From the human T2T-CHM13v2.0 reference genome, Homo sapiens, in the NCBI RefSeq assembly GCF_009914755.1, contig NC_060934.1: a stretch of DNA of 64,000 nt. One strand, written 5' to 3'. Every line of letters starts with the position of its first letter. The stretch's first letter is position 1. Made by a program: the position numbers and the translations under genes. The notes beneath the pieces are model-generated. The model searched no databases. It saw only the letters and a list, made by a program, of their open reading frames with translations, and was not told the DNA's origin. Positions 33,621-47,162 of this stretch are shown piece by piece.

Positions 33621-35794
33621 TGTATACCCCTTAAGGAGGGAATCTTGAAAGAGAATCTGATTGAGTTAGTGTCTGCTTGGCATTGCTTACTAATTTTACA
33701 AAATCATCCTTGTATCTGCCTTCCATTTCCATAATTAATTATATCTTATTTTTAAAGTATATACCTGACAATGGACTGCAACAGTATTTTCCATAGGCAA
33801 TTTCCTGTGGAATTTTCTATGGAAAGTCTCGGGTGGAGGAACATTTTGAAATATTTGTACAACAAATTGTAGTGCTGACTCTTCTGTTGAATAGCCAGTA
33901 TGGAATATATTCAACCTGAGCCTGTAGCCTCCAGCTGGGACTCCAAGTACAAAAACTGCTTGTGCTGAGTCTACATTTACTCTTGAGTGCCATTTATTTT
34001 AACAGATTTGTTACTCTGAGTGTCCCTTGCATCAGTTTTTAAGAAAGTCTGTATTTCAGATGGTACTTTTTATAGAGACTTTACCCATACACTTCATCCC
34101 ACCATTAATACTCATTATTGTAAAAGGTAGGAGAGTATTATCTGTAGCAGGAGTTGGTTGAGGTCTTCAATCAGTACTTTACTTAATGTTCAAGTATCAT
34201 GTGTAACCTAATTTGAACTGCAGCTGTTATTTTTGATAATTTTAAAAACAGTGTTAATTTTGGGAGGTCCAAGTGTCTCATCACCCCCAAGAAGTGGTAT
34301 TTCAGCTTATTCTCTGAAAACAAGCTGGAATCAAAATAGCATTCATATTTCTTATGAAAACTTTTACATTTGTCTTTATTATGTTTATTAATAGGTAAAG
34401 ATAGATAATGTAATTATTTCAAGTTTTAGAATGTTTTGGTTCTTTACTTCCTGACTTTTACTTGAAGAAGTAGTCAGTTTCCTCTGGCTACTTTATTTAT
34501 TCAAATATTCTTTGGGCAGATGTAAAAAAAATATATAGAGATGTTTCATGTGTGCCTATGTCTTGCTTACTTGCCTGAAATTATGATCTTTCTTATAAGG
34601 TACTTAGTTATATGGACCCACAGATGGCAGGTAAACCATAATAAAATTCTGCAGTTCCAGCCTGAATCATGTGCTTCATCAATTTAAGTATATTGTTAGT
34701 CTGTTGGTTACTCCCACTACTTATACACCATTTAAATTAAAGAAATGCCAAATCCTTTATATGTTAAAGAATGGCAGATATTTGGGAGTGATAATGAGTT
34801 AAATAGGGATTGCACAAGGGGATTAGTGAAGACTCATATTTGAATATTATATATTTTAATAATCAATGCTTTTTTCCCCTAAAAATGTGCCACTTGCTCT
34901 TTGAAAATTTTCCATCTCAGTTCCTTTCCCCACTTTTGTTGGACCTTCTTTGTTTTGTCTATATTTATTTTATTCTGCTTAATTTCGATTTTCACTTTTA
35001 GCAGTTTCTCCTCATTATGAGACCAGTCCTGGAATAGAGATTTGACTGGTTGCTTTTGAAAGTTCATGTACTCCAACTGTTCCAGGCTTCTTTAGAACTT
35101 CCTCAGGATCCCTTCAACTAACCTAGTCTTGTATTGAGCAACTCTACACTTCTGTTTTCACTTCCTTATTCAAGTTGGCCTGGCCTAGTTCCAGTTAATA
35201 CCTTTTTGAAACTTTTGAGTTTTCCTATTGATTCCCTCTTTTTCCTGCCTCATAGACACTGGTACCTTCCACAGCTTGAGTTTGTCATTTACCCGTACCA
35301 GTTTATGTTTTGACATTTAAGGGGATAGATAGTCTGCCACTTACTTTTGTTAGAATAGTTGTTCTTTTTTTTTTTTTTTTTGGCTTTTCAATTTAGCTGC
35401 TATATATTTTAATATTGGAAGTCAAGGATATCAAAAACTATCCTGCTACGCCCACTGCCCACTCAGAACTCTGTCCCTTGGATTGCATTTGTTAATTTCT
35501 AAGTAGTTAAGCTTGTTTTGGCCATATGTGAAATTATAGTTTTAATTTTATTTTATTGGAATATGTTAATGTACCTTATAAAAGCTACCATTTAGATTTT
35601 TAAAATACTTTCTCTGTACAATGTTTATTGTCTTCTTTTTAAAATGTTCTATGGATTAAAAATATATTTTAAATCATCTGTGTTCTTGATGATTTCTGCT
35701 CTGTTTTGTAACATAACTTCTTGAAAGTTCAGCCTGTAGTTTGTTTCTACTTTGTAATGTTCCACATTCTCCTTATATTATTCTGTTTATATTA

Positions 35795-37120
35795 ACATCC
35801 CCACCACTCTGTTGGAAGTTCATTTGTTTAAATTACTCATGAAGTTCATGTTGTCAAATCCAGTAGCCATATTTTCATCCTCGTCTTAACCAACAAAATC
35901 AACCACTACTTTCTTCTTGCAACATTTCTGTTCTTTGATCATCTTGGCACAACCCTTTCCTGGTTTCCTCCCACCTACCTTTCCACTTCTTTTTTTTAAG
36001 CTCTAATGATGGGGTGGCCCTGAATATCCTCTTAGAGATAATTTCTCCTGCATCTATTCTGTCTCCTAGGGACTATCAAACAAGTACATGATTTAAGATG
36101 ACATTTATGTTCCTTTGATTTCCAAATTTTTAAATCTAACCTTTCCTGTGAGCTTCAAGCTAGTAGTTACTGTCTACTCTTGAACATTTAATAGGTATTT
36201 CACATTTAACATATTCTAAGTAAGTTTTTCTTTCCTTATTTCTCCCTTGATCCTCATGGCACTTTTCTATTCTCAATAAGTAGAAATATCATCTTTCCAC
36301 TTGTTCTTGTGAGAGCAAACTACAATAGTCATGACTGATTCTTCTCCTTCATTCACCTGTCATATCTAATCTTTCTTCATTCACCTGTCAAATCTAATCC
36401 TTCAGCACGTCTCCTCACTTCTCTCTCTAAATTATGTACCTAACTACTTATTTTTGTCTTGATGACTACTACCCTTGTGCAAGCTACTATTGCCTTATGA
36501 CTAGAAAAATCAAATATCCTCTTCTCTTATCTTCTGGATTTCCCCAATTATTTCTTTCTCACCCAACAGCCAGAATGATATTTTTCTTGAGAGTTAGATC
36601 ATGTCATTCCCATAGCTCAAAACTTTCCATGGGTTCCCATTGCCCTTATAATATATTCCGAACTCTTTGTCATGGCCAACGACCTATGTGACTTGCTTTT
36701 TGCTTTCTAATCTGAATTTATTTACAACTACTCTGTCCTTTGCTCACAATACTCCAGATCTTATGACTTTTCATAAACATGTCTAACCTAATCATCATCT
36801 TTACACTTGAGAAACCTCTACCAACAGATATTTGTGTGTTTTTAAACTTCTTATTTGGATATAAGCTCATATATCACCCCTTTAGTGAGGCCAGCAGCTC
36901 TAACCACCGGATCCAAATTAGCCGCAAATCCTCCTAGCTCATATCATCTTTGTTTTTTTCCACTCAAAACACCACTGTCAACAATTGTGATATCCCCCTA
37001 CAAGTTCACCTGGTTATTTTCTCCCTCCTGCTATTAGAACATAAAAGCCAAAATAATAGGAGCTTTGTCTTATTACAATGGTGTAGAACAGAGCTTGTTT
37101 AGTGACTATTTCTTGAATAT
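35795..37120 (+). mobile_element. L2a-like fragment
   Basis: 'ttgtcaaatccagt', 'cagccagaatgat...gatcatgtcattcc', pyrimidine-rich body and an L2 3' end. Confidence 0.7.
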
Positions 37121-39308
37121 TTTTACATGATTTAAATGATTTAAGTAGATCAATTTTGTGTCTCTTTGATCAGATAACTTTTAAAAGAGATATGCATGTT
37201 AATAATTTCTTCCAAAATTTTGCCATTATCAAATTCCCCTTATATGTCCAGAGATTGTGTTTTTACTTACTTGGCCTGTATTTTTGGTGCATATTGTTTT
37301 ATTATTGTTATGTTTTCTTTGTCTCAGTGTTTTATTTGATCAGGTTTTGCCTTTGAATTTCACTTTGCTATTAATATTGGTTTATATGTTTTATTGTTTT
37401 TAAGTGCCTATTATATCTTCTTACAGTATTTTATATTTTAGATAAAAATGTGTCACTGTTCTATATGTGTTTTCTGCTAAAAACGTAAAGCTGAATTGTA
37501 TCTTTACTGCAAAAATCTCTGTCTTTCAATGTGGATTCACCCTGTTGACATTTACTGCAATTGCACTGTATCTTATTCAGTTAATTTTATGTTATGTTTA
37601 TTATTTTATTTGTTATTTCATCTGTTCTCTTTTTTTATATATTTGCTAATTTATTCAAGCCTTTGTTCAAGGTCCTTATGCCCCCTTTTCATTTAGGTAT
37701 TTATCAACATTGCGTAAGGTTTCCTCCTATTCCAATTTGTCTTAAATAAACTAATTTTCTTTATTATGATTTCAAAATATTATCATTTTGAAGATTTTTC
37801 CTGTTCTTAATTATTGTTTCCAGAATTCTGTTACCATGGATTTAAGTTCTTGTTGACAATATTCTTTGATAAGCTTCCTTTCTATGATATTCTATGGACA
37901 AAGACCTGGGAAGAAAATTCATTCTTTTAAACTTTAAAAGATGTTTTTTCTTTAATCTTTTATAATATTTTCACCTATAACCAATCTCCTATGCCAATTA
38001 TCTTTCTTCAGCCTTTGTATAAGTGTTTCATAATTCAATAGCTTAGAAGCTTGTAGGAAATGAATATTACTATATTTAAGCTTACATGTACATGCCAAAG
38101 AATCATTTTCTCAACTTACTGTAATTCTTTACATAAGAAATACTGACATCCCTTATTTTAGAATGCCATTTAAATTCCTTAGTGTTCTTTCCTTGCACTG
38201 GAAGCTGGGACAATTATAGGATTAATTTCCTTTGTTTTTCTTCACTCAGGGATCATAATCTCTGGCCAGTTGTCCAATGCCTGAAATTGGTTGTTTCAGA
38301 TACTTCACCTAGTTTTCCAGTTGTTTACAGCAGGAGGGAAAACTCATTCCTTTTAGTCCATTTTCAGTAGAAATTCTATTATGTTTTTGCAACATTTTCA
38401 TAAAATATTATTAAAAGAAAAAGAGATTTTAATACCTGAATGGTTTAGCTTCAGCAATGTGGGAAAACTCACTTATATTGACATCTCATTTATACATGAT
38501 ACAAAAGTTTAATAATGTTTATATTGTAACTTTTACATGCCAGAAATTATGGTAAACATTAAATTTCTATTCAGTTAGATTTTCTATAACATTATAAGGT
38601 AGATGCTTTTATTATTACCATTCGCATATGGGAAAACTGAGAAATAGACTAGTTTTTCAAAATATACAGGGCTAGTAATTGAAAAACCACATTACACAAT
38701 CAGTTATTCTCTATCCAGATGCTATATTGTTGATTGATATACTATAATACACTTCCTCAGGACAGATGTTACAGTATGATCTCTATAATGTTAACAGAAA
38801 TGGAGAACGACTTCAACTTTTTGGCTAGTTTCACCTTTTAAAATTAACTTCTTATTAACATTAACAAGTTTTAAAATGATGTGACATATTTTATTATTTG
38901 AATGGTGTGTAACAAAACATTTGTATATATATATGAAGCTTCCCCAGATGAAGTTATATAGGGAGAAAATTCCCTGTTTTCTTAGCTGAGTTGAAATGTG
39001 GGTGTTTTGGTTAGGCATATTTAATCTGTCATAGTATTTCACATGAAACTCTTAGCGTGCATCCTTAAAGTAATTATATAATAGTTTTTAAAATATTTAA
39101 TGTCGTATTCTACACTATGACCATCATTAGCAGTTGGATATATTAGGTATTCTAGATGAAATTTTCATTCCATCACATATTTGATTTATAATATCATGAT
39201 CCAAATGTCTTGGTGATTTAGAAAAACTGTATTTACAAATGTCATGAAATATCACCACAGGTTTTAGAGAAGAACATACTTTCAATTTTTTTTATTTTGA
39301 TTTTTCAG

Positions 39309-39370
39309 ATTGCATTCTCACAACACAATACAATCATGGACCTTGTGCAGTTTTTTGTCACCTTCTTCAG
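39309..39370 (+). CDS. ATRNL1: Internal coding exon of attractin-like 1 (juxtamembrane and start of the TM helix): IAFSQHNTIMDLVQFFVTFF(S)
   Basis: Polypyrimidine tract plus 'tttttcag|' acceptor and 'cag|gtaaaa' donor. 62 bp, phase 0 to phase 2. The peptide is the attractin-family MDLVQFFVTFFS motif; QHNTIM fits ATRNL1 rather than ATRN (QHSNFM) as recalled. Confidence 0.93.
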
Positions 39371-40391
39371 GTAAAAGTTTGCTTTGACTGACTTTGAACT
39401 TTTCAAGCCTGTATTCTGATATATGTCCTGTCAATCTGTTAGATAATCGACCAATTCTAAAACCTTAAAGTATCATAGAGTATGTCTTGAATAGCTTTAT
39501 ATGCTTAAATATATCCCACAGAGCAGAGGTAACATAGCTGAAATGTACTTGTGCAAGATTATTTTGCTGTTATACTATTTAATAGCCAATGGATTCAGTG
39601 GAAAGAGGATAACTTTGTGTCCCCCATCACATAAATAATTATAGCCTGTTTTAATTAATGAAATTAACAATGCATGCACCACATGGATTAGTTACATCTA
39701 CAAGAACTAAACCAATTTGTTTATTTCTTAGTTAATTTTGTTAATTGTGTGACATATTCGTTGTAGGTTCATAAAAAGGGCTCCACAGTGAAGCAGCTTT
39801 GTAAAATGCTACATGTCCTAAAGTTAAATAGTGCTCTTTTGGTTGGTTTTCAACTGGCATTACTTCTCAAAGCTTTTAAAATGCTAATTTGCAATATGTC
39901 ATTCTACAAGAGAGGTTATAGTTTGTAGCATTTCTCAAAACATGAAAACTGTTTTCAGGGAACATTTATTTTCATTTCCATGGGATGTAAATGTAGAGAC
40001 TCTGGGTTAGGAGTTTAAGTTATAAAATATCTGTGTTATGAGATCGTAGATCCTCTGGATTGGAAGAGATCTTATTTTTGTTAACATTATTATTCACGTG
40101 TGAAGTTTATGCTGGTCATTTGGGTGCCTTTGTACAAATTAGACAAATATGACTTCTCCTTCTGGCAGATACAGCCCCACATCATGGCACACAAATTTGG
40201 AAATAGTGCAGTATGAATTTTAACCAACACTCACCAACTTGGCTGGGCTGCCATACAGTAAAGACCTGCACAACTCAATCCTTAGCACAGATGATGTATT
40301 TGGAACTTGTCTAAACACAAAGTAACCATCATCTTTTTGATTGTCTTGTCCAGATATCCATAAAGTATTTGAATTTCTAATACCTTCTTCA

Positions 40392-40614
40392 CTGGAGTCA
40401 GCAAACATTTTCCATTAAGGGCCAGATAGTAAATATTTCAAGATTTGTGGGCTGTATGGTCTTCATCGCATCTATGCAACTTTTCTGCTATAGTGTTAAA
40501 GCAGACAAAGCCAATATGGAAACAAATGGGAGTGGCTGTGTTCCAATAAAACTTTATTATAAAAACAGCTGGTGGATTGAATTCAGCCTGTGGACATAAT
40601 TTGCCCAACCACTG
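40392..40614 (+). mobile_element. MER58A
   Basis: 'gtcagcaaac...aagggccagatagtaaatattt...gtgttccaataaaacttta...ccactg'. Confidence 0.88.
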
Positions 40615-40624
40615 ATCAGTTTTA

Positions 40625-40880
40625 TGCCTGAATGCCTTTAATGACAGGAAGCTCACTAGCTCCTCAGATGGCATTTTCTATCATCAGATAACAAATTGTT
40701 CTTTATAACTGAGCTGAAATCTGCCTCCCTATGATATCTCTCCTAATTCCTCCATGTGGGCCCATATATAACAATTTCAATTTCTCATTTCCATTTACAG
40801 CCCTTCAGATTTGTAAAGTATTTTCTACGGTTTACACATTCCTTGTTCATTTTTCTACTTCTCTTGATAAGAGAAACCTT
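40625..40880 (-). mobile_element. L3/CR1 fragment
   Basis: 'gacaggaagctcacta...tgagctgaaatctgcctccct' is CR1-like. Confidence 0.55.
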
Positions 40881-41184
40881 TGCCATATTGGTCAGTTTAC
40901 TCTGAAAACAATCATGTTCATCCATGCACCTTAAAATATTATAATTTCTATAATGTATTTCTATAAACATATTTATCACTAATATGTGTAAAAAGTGCAT
41001 TCGTACTTTAAATTGTTCCTTAAAATGAAATTTGAGGAAACATCTTAAATATGTTTAATATTTTACAACTTTGTACTTCAGAAAACAAATGAATTTTAAG
41101 GCTATTAACAAAGTTACAGTATGGTTTTAGAAAGTACTAGAAATTACAGTTGAACAAGCATTATTGAATGCATTAAAACAACTT

Positions 41185-41219
<35 letters not shown>

Positions 41220-41498
41220 GAGACAGGGTCTCACCCTGTCACCCAGGCTGGAGCAGTGGCGCTATTTCGGCTCACTGCAACCTTCACCTCCCGGGTTCAA
41301 GCATTTCTCCTGCCTCAGCTCCTGAGTAGCTGGGATTACAGGCACGTGCCACCACGCCCAGCTAATTTTTGTATTTTTAGTAGATACGGGGTTTCACCAC
41401 ATTGGCCAGGGTGGTCTCGATCTCCTGACCTCAGATGATCTGCCCACCTCGGCCTCCCAAAGTGCTGGGATTACAAGTGTGAGCCACCATGCCTGGTC
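41185..41498 (-). mobile_element. AluSx-like element with a (TTG)12 tail microsatellite (41185-41220)
   Basis: Full dimer; tail converted to CAA repeats; approximate TSD taaaa(c/a)aactttt. Confidence 0.92.
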
Positions 41499-42206
41499 TA
41501 AAAAAAACTTTTTGATGCAGAATAGTCTGGAAGAAAATTCACTGAAAGTTTGGTTAAGTGAAAAATTTCACAAAGTTGAATATGTATGTAAATTATTTGA
41601 ATCTTGAGGTTTTTTATTTTAAGCTTTTGAATTTGTGTGCATATTTAAATTCAATAGCTCTTTTGTTAAGTAAAAGAAAATTACTGTTAATGTGTACCAT
41701 GTCTTAGAGATGATCCTATTTATTATGTTGTCATCATGGACAATGTAAAATAAAATATTCTAATCTTTGGGTGTGATAAAATATATTTGATGGGTTTTTT
41801 GTCATTTAAATTCTTCCAGTAGTGAAATGTAAATTAGATCACTTAAAAAACTGGGTCATTGTTAAGAAAAATATGGACAGGATATTTTGAAGCTTATCAA
41901 TTATTAAGTTTTATAAAGCTACTGCTAAACTTTAGGAGATTTTAAAACAGGTTAACATTTATGGAGACCCCTCAATCAGGCCATTTTTACTGTTATTGCT
42001 GTTATTTTGGTAACAGAGCTGAGTGCGTCAGCTTTGCAGTTTAGCCATTGTTCTGTAGGGGCTGGTTCTCAAACTCTTTGTTAGATTTTACCTCTATATT
42101 GTGTGTAGTTCTGATGGTAAACATAATTGGGCCAGTACTAGGGAGATCACTTACAGACATACCCTGGCTCTGTTCTTAATGTTTTATGCCATCTTAAGTA
42201 GGTCAC

Positions 42207-44333
42207 TATTTTAGTTTGTTTGTATTGCTGAAAAGGAATACCTAAGGCTGGGTAATTTATAAAAAGAGGTTTATTTGGCTCACAGTTGTGCTGGCTGTAC
42301 AAGAAGTAGGGTGCCAGCATGTGCATCTGGTGAGGGTATCAAACTGCTTCCACTCATGGCAGAAGAGGAAGCGGAGCTGGCATGTGTAGCAATCACATGG
42401 GGAGAGAAGAGGTGACAGCCAGAGACTCCTTTAAACAGCCAGCTCTCTTGGGAACTAATAGAGTGAGAACTCATTTGCTACCATAAGGACACCACCAAGT
42501 CATTCACAGGGAGTCTGCCCCTGCAACTCAAACACCTTTCATTAGGCTCAATCTCCAACGATGGGTATCAAATTTCAATATGTGCTTTGGAGGGTCAAAT
42601 ATTAAAACTATAGCATTCTATCCCTGGCCCCTCAAATCCCTGGTGTTCTTCTCACATACAAAATATAATCATTTAATCCCAATACTTCCCAGAAGTCTTA
42701 ACTTGTTTCAGCATCAACTCAGAAGTCCAGAGTCCAAAGTCTCATCTGAGACTCAAAGCAAGTTCCTTTCAGCTTTGAGCCTGTAAAATCAAAATCAAAT
42801 TATTTATCTCCAAGATACAATGGTGGAACAAATATTGAGTAAACATCTCATTCCAAAAGGGAGAAACTGGTCAAAATATAGTGATAACATGCTGCATGAA
42901 AATCCAAAATATAGCGGGGAAGACATTAAATCTTAAAGCTCCAAAATTATCTCCCTTGGTTCCATGTCCTGCACCCTGGGAACATGGATGCACCATAGCC
43001 CTGCTCTACTAGGCAATCCCTGGTGGGTACTCTCTTCAGGGCCTCCAACCGCATATTTCTGCTCAGCATTGCCTCACTAGCATCTGTCTGCAGGGTCTCC
43101 ACCCCTATGGCAGGCTTCTGCCTGGGCACTCAGGCTTTTCAATACATCCCCTGAAATCTCAGTGGAAGCCGACAAGCCTCTAGTACTCATACTTTCTAGC
43201 CTCCTTCAGTGGCAGTAGGCACAATACCTGGGGCCATTTGAGCAGCGAGATGTGGGGAGCACTTTCTAGAGATGGGGCATGGCAATGTTGTCCCAAGCCT
43301 GTCATCCAAAACCATACCATCTTCCTTGGGCTCTTGGTCTGTGATGGGAAGCCCAGAAGCCTGCCAGATTTGTGAAATGCCTTCAGGGTCTTTCCCCCAT
43401 TGTCTTTACTAATAGTACCTGGCTCCTTTTATTCATGCTACTTTCTTTAACAAGTGTTTGCTACCCCAGCACTCTTCTGAAAACACTCTTTCCTTCTCTG
43501 CCACATGGCCAGGCTGAGGATTCTACAAATTGTTATCCCCTGCTTTCCTTTTGATTATACATTCCAACTCTAGGTTATTTATTTGCTCCTGCATGTGAAC
43601 ATAAGCTGTTAAAAGCAGCCACATTACTTCTTGAGCACTTTGCTGCTTGTCATGGACACAATGTAGCAAAGTTCTTTGACAGGGCATAACAAAGGTTATC
43701 TTTGCTTCAGTTCCAGTGATTTCCTCATTTCAGTCTGAGACCCTCAACATGGCCTTTACTGTCTATATTTCAATCAGCATTTTGGTCACAGCCACTTAAC
43801 CAATTTCTAAGATGTTCCAAACTTTCCCTCATTTTTCTATCTTATGAGCACTCCAGTTCTAAAGCCACTTTTACATTTTTAGGTGTCTTTATAGCAACAT
43901 ACCACTTCCTGGCACCAATTTTCTGTCTTAGTCCATTTGCATTGCTGTAAAAGAATACCTGAGGCTGAGTAATACATAAAGGAAAGAGGTTTACTTGGCT
44001 CATGGTTCTGCAGGTTGTGCAAGAAGTATGGTGTTGGCATTTGCATCTGGTGAGGGCCTCAAGCTGTTTCCATTCATGGTGGAAGAGGAAGGGGAGCTGG
44101 TATGTGTAGAGATCGAGATCACATGGTGAGAAAGTAGGCAAGAGAGAAGACAGAAGTTCCAGACTCTTTTAAATAACCAGCTGTCATGGGAACATGAGAC
44201 ACAACGATGGCACAAATCCATTTATGATGGATCTACCCCTGTGACCCAAACACCTCCCATTAAGCCCCACCTCTAACATTGAGTATCAAATTTTAACATT
44301 TGATTTGGAGGATCAAATATCCAAACTATAGCA
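42207..44333 (-). mobile_element. Complete MSTB-type MaLR provirus (LTR 42207-42615, internal 42616-43923, LTR 43924-44333) inserted into a MIR
   Basis: Two ~410-bp LTRs ending 'aaactatagca'; perfect TSD GTCAC (42202-42206, 44334-44338). MIR sequence continues on both sides. Confidence 0.9.
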
Positions 44334-44639
44334 GTCACCTAGCTTCTCTAAATCTCAGTCCTTTCATATATTGAACTAAAGGTTTTTTTTTCTTGTTGTT
44401 GCTGTGAAATAATATAGTAAATAATTCAAAAATTGAAAAGAATAATTTTTTAAATAAACTCTTCTTGTGTGTAAAATGGAAAAGTAGATGTATCTGAGTC
44501 AGAAAAGTCTGAATTATTTATTTTAAAGAACTAAATTAAATGGAAATTTGGTAGAGACTACTATCCCTGTGTTAGACTTTTAGTGGTGGCATTAATTTTC
44601 TATATCATTGGATGACATTATATTTTGTATTTATTAACT

Positions 44640-46710
44640 TGTCCAGTTGGGAGTAGTTTCAGAGATTACCAGTTGGTCTTTTCCACTATGACTGATCTTA
44701 TCCTATAAGCCAGGGACACAGTGTAGAGGTTATTCCAGCTACCTTGTACATCAGTTCTATTTATACACTTAAAGAGTGGGGAAATGACCAATGGGTGGAT
44801 CCATTGACATAGTGGGCACACTGTGAGCAAGAATTTAGTCAGAATTTGTTATGTGCCCCCACCCCATGAACACCCCAACTCTAATAAGAGGACATGATGA
44901 TATTTTGAATGCTTGGCTATCTGTGTCTAATGGGAGTCAATTAGGCCCTCATGTCTAATGGTAGTCAAAATGTCTGCTTATTCCTCCTGTACTGTATATA
45001 TATCCTCATGCATATACCAATGTATATAATCAAGTTTATGGTGTAGGTATTTTCAGGGATCATTTTACCCACTTTTCAAAATGTTTCAGGGACCTTCCTT
45101 CTATGGACTCAGTCACCTGATTAGTTAATCGGTTTTGGATTTTAAAATTAGCTGAAATCTGGGAACTGTGAAGAGAAACATGGCCCTCCATTGAAGCAAC
45201 AACCCTCAGTCTCCTGTTCCTTCATTCTTACTTAAAATGAAACCAGATGTTAAATAGTACCACTGTTGGCTGCCCACCTATTTTCCCTTCAGAATACCAT
45301 GCCTTATTAATAATCCCTACAACTCTTTGTGAGCCAACCCCCTTGGCAGTTCGTCCAATCTTGTTGATCTAATTATGGTAATTGTGGTTTCTGGATTCTG
45401 GCAGTTAAGCGCTGACACCTGTCGTCTATTACATTGGGTCTCCATCTTTTTATGGCAATTAACAAACCTAGCCCTGTGACTATCTCTCGTATTTTCGGGA
45501 CTGCTCTGAAGAGGAGAGCCAGCTCTAAGCCTCCTTATAATACTGGTGCCTCTCTTATCAGCATATTCATAACAGCCTTAATGCATAGTTTGTCCTCTGA
45601 GTCCTCCCATGGAACACAACCTGGTAGTTCTTCTGGCCTCCTATAATATAAACCATTCCAGCATATCCCCTTCTCTCAGTGTTTTTATAACTTTCTCTTC
45701 CATAAGCCAGGACAACCCAGGCATTTCAATTTCACTTGTACTGGACATTGCATTTTTCAGGCTTCTACGAGTCACTCTAGCAACAAGTTTGCTCCATTCC
45801 CTGGAATCCTCAGTAGGGTATTACATCTCTGTGGTCCTGAAAATATGCACCAAAACCAATGAGTTTTTATTTATCCAGTCTTAACATTTCGTTGCCCTTT
45901 ATCAAATATTTAAATCTGGTCATACTTCCATGGCTCCTGCCAGTACGTGCTCCCTAAATCTTGCATCCGTATCAATTGTGTAATCCATTTTCTTTCGTAT
46001 CAGGCTCAGTTGGGTCATGCTGTGATTTAATCCCCCTAATCAGTCTGGCAGCCAAGAAAAGAAGTGGTGACAGTTTGTGAGGGGGCACCTGTTACCTAAG
46101 AGAGAAGAGAGCTCTTTAGTGTCTTCCAGCATAACGAAATGCTAGGTATTGCTAGGGAAGCGGTTGGTAAAACCAACATCCTCAGAAGCATTCATTCATA
46201 TATTCCTATTCCATATTTCAGGTTCCTAGGTCTCCTGAACCATGGCCCTTTTTGCATAACACAACTTCTTTGGCTTAGCATTCTGTCATCTCTGGAGCTC
46301 TGCAACTCTACAACAATTAGATCATCATCCTGCTGGTCATTCATGTTGGCATTTCTGCTATCAGTCATCAGGGCCTCATTTAAAGCTATGAAAGAGACCC
46401 ACTGGCTCTTTTATTTAGCCAGTAAATGGTTTGTTAATGGCCTTCAGTCTCTCATTATCCCTCTGCAGGTATCAATACAACATAATGATAATCATTCTAC
46501 TCCACTCTCTTTTGAAGGTGTTTTCCCCATCTTCCAAGCACCTGAATTGCTGTACCTTCAAGTATTTTCTCTATCAGTGCATTTTCTCAGGTCACCACTG
46601 GTGAAATCCAGCAATTTAAGTCTTCTGCCAGGAACTGTGTTCCACCCACCAACATGGATGTTGTCCTCTTAGCCTGCCAATCAGTGAGTGAATCAGTTCC
46701 TCATCTCCAT
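44640..46710 (-). mobile_element. Ancient ERVL internal region (gag-like remnant)
   Basis: Minus strand near 45640-45740 reads EIEMPGLSW.MEE.VIKTLREGDMLEW, similar to the ERVL gag motif EMPELPW...LRE.GMLEW. Confidence 0.7.
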
Positions 46711-46719
46711 CTTACCTTC

Positions 46720-47160
46720 TGTTTACTTGGACCATAAGTCCTCTGAGACACAGAAGCCAAGATGGGATTAGATAAGCAATAAACGTGTTAGGGGAACTTC
46801 TGTGAGGGGAAATTGGGAGAAGGGAGGGGAGATAATGGGAGAATTTGAGACCACAATGCCTACCTGCCTTTGTGAGGGAGAGAAGCAAGAAAGGGAAGGT
46901 GAGTGAAAGAGCCTGAGAATGCAGGGCACTTCTAAGAATGTTTAACACCAGTGGTGTAGCCTTGAGCAAAAGTTACCCATCAAAGGAGTCTTCCATCTCC
47001 CAGGAACAGGCCCGCCTTGGTATTTCTGCCATGTTTAGTCCTTGACTAAGGACAGCCCTTGGGAAGCATGGGCTCAGTGTGAATAAAATGATGGATTTCA
47101 GAGTGCAGTAGCTGGGGCCACTAGTCAGTTATGCTCTCTGCCATCAGGGATCAGAGAGGC
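46720..47160 (-). mobile_element. ERVL LTR (LTR41-like)
   Basis: 'gtcctctgagacacagaagccaagatgggattaga...' resembles LTR41; adjacent to the ERVL internal sequence. Confidence 0.6.
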
Positions 47161-47162
47161 AC

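Noticed and set aside
46139-46672. 177-aa + strand ORF
   Set aside because: Antisense to a decayed ERVL internal region, with no recognisable motif or splice context.
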